From: the human T2T-CHM13v2.0 reference genome, Homo sapiens
Length of the DNA: 64,000 nt
Strand: one strand, 5' to 3'
Assembly: GCF_009914755.1 (NCBI RefSeq)
Contig: NC_060938.1
Part shown: positions 62,678-64,000 of the stretch, piece by piece
How positions within the stretch are numbered: position 1 is the stretch's first letter
How the letters are laid out: each line of letters begins with the position of its first letter
Notes under the pieces: generated by a model
Told to the model about the DNA's origin: nothing
The model's database searches: none
What the model saw: only the letters and a program-made list of their open reading frames with translations
Position numbers and translations under genes: made by a program

Positions 62678-62946
62678 GGGGAGGCCTCATAATCATGGTG
62701 GAAGGCAAGGAGGAGCAAGTCACATCTTACATGGATGGCAGCAGGCAAAGAGACAGCTTGTTCAGGGAAACTCCCCTTTTAAAAACCATCAGATCTCATG
62801 AGACTTATTCACGATCACAAGAACAGCACAGGAAAGTCCCAACCCCATGACTCAATTATTTCCCACCAGGTCCCTTCCACAACACATGTGAATTATGGGA
62901 GCTACATGATGAGATTTGGGTGGGGACACAGAGACAAACCATATCA
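62678..62946 (-). mobile_element. THE1A/B solo LTR missing about 85 bp of its 3' end
   Basis: 'ggggaggcctcataatcatgg...caagtcacatcttacatggatggcagcagg...aaaccatatca'. Confidence 0.88.
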
Positions 62947-63797
62947 AACACCATGGTTTTGGGGACACGTTTAACTGAACAATACAGGTCTTCTCATCAC
63001 TGCAGTTCTCTAACACCATCGATTTAATGCAGGTTATATCATGAGTCATGGCACTACATCATTTATCACAAATGCTGGCTTCCAATGACTGTTCCAACGT
63101 TGTTATTCTGCTTAGTTGATTGGATCTACAAATGCAAGTCTTGCAAGGACAATGCAGCAAAATATGAATGATGATTTTTTCTGGTCATGTTAAATCCTCT
63201 GTCCATCATTTTATGGTGTAAACATAAAACTATGTCTTCCTTGAATTCTTTAGGTTCTTATCAGTGAATTCTTAGACTATGATCTCTTTCAAAGTTGCTG
63301 AAAGTTGCTTTTCACATACTGCTCCTAGTGGGGAAGATAGGAAAGGGGCCTGTGGCCAGAGTGAGAATGGTATCATTTATGTAGCATTGCTTATAACTGA
63401 CCTGAGGGAGCAGAGAGCAGGAAGGTGGACATAGGGCAAATGACACTTGATACCACTCCTGATACCTTCATGTTCTGTAGACTGGAGGTGGCACCAGCAT
63501 GGGAAGGATGACAGGAAGGAGCTGATTCACAGGCCTACACAGAGTTAAGCTAAGGGTCATTTGTAGGCTGATGATATCCTCTAAGCTCTGGTACCCTGAA
63601 TTCATCCTGTGACCAAAATGCATGAGAATCACTAAAATCAGTTTATCAACACCATTCTGGTAGCCTCATTTCACATGATCCCATGAAACAAATACCTTAC
63701 ATCCTAGTGGGAACAATCTGCTTTGGAATTTGAGCCCCAGAATGACTCCAAAGTCATGAGTCCCTAAACTCTTTGGGGGTAACTGGTTGACCCCACA

Positions 63798-64000
63798 TGT
63801 ATTAGTCTGTTTTCACACTGGTATAAACACATACCTGAGACTGGGTGATCTATAAAGGAAAGAGTTTTAATTGACTCATTGTTCTGCATGGCTGGGGAGG
63901 CCTCAGAAACTTACAATCATAGCAGTAGGGGAAGAGGCATGTCTTACATGGTGACAGGCAAGAGAGTCAGTGAGGAGCAAAGGGAGATGAGCCCCTTATA
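63798..64000 (-). mobile_element. THE1D-like LTR running off the window end
   Basis: 'tgtattagtctgttttcacactg...gagactgggt...gctggggaggcctcag'. Confidence 0.88.

Overview
AT-rich primate (hominoid-like) genomic DNA, intergenic or deep-intronic, made up mostly of transposable-element sequence. I can support no host protein-coding gene, RNA gene or CRISPR array. Main contents: (1) a full-length L1PA2/PA3-type LINE-1 (4532-10748, + strand, 14-bp target-site duplication, TSD) with intact ORF1, a triply frameshifted ORF2 and an apparently two-step 3' transduction; (2) a 4.7-kb L1PA with a twin-priming inversion that has no 3' UTR, poly(A) or TSD (33523-38269); (3) two more twin-primed L1s of different ages (55872-56013 and 60885-61930); (4) a complete THE1 (MaLR) provirus, several solo THE1/MST/MLT/ERV1 LTRs and a decayed ERV-L pol; (5) Alus, MIRs, Tigger2a, MER5/33/58 and old L1M fragments. 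The two young L1s share several substitutions relative to the human consensus as I recall it, which suggests a lineage-specific, possibly non-human ape, L1 subfamily. I found no convincing new biological system. The interesting signals are retrotransposition and repair footprints. Subfamily names and consensus comparisons are from memory and need RepeatMasker/Dfam confirmation.
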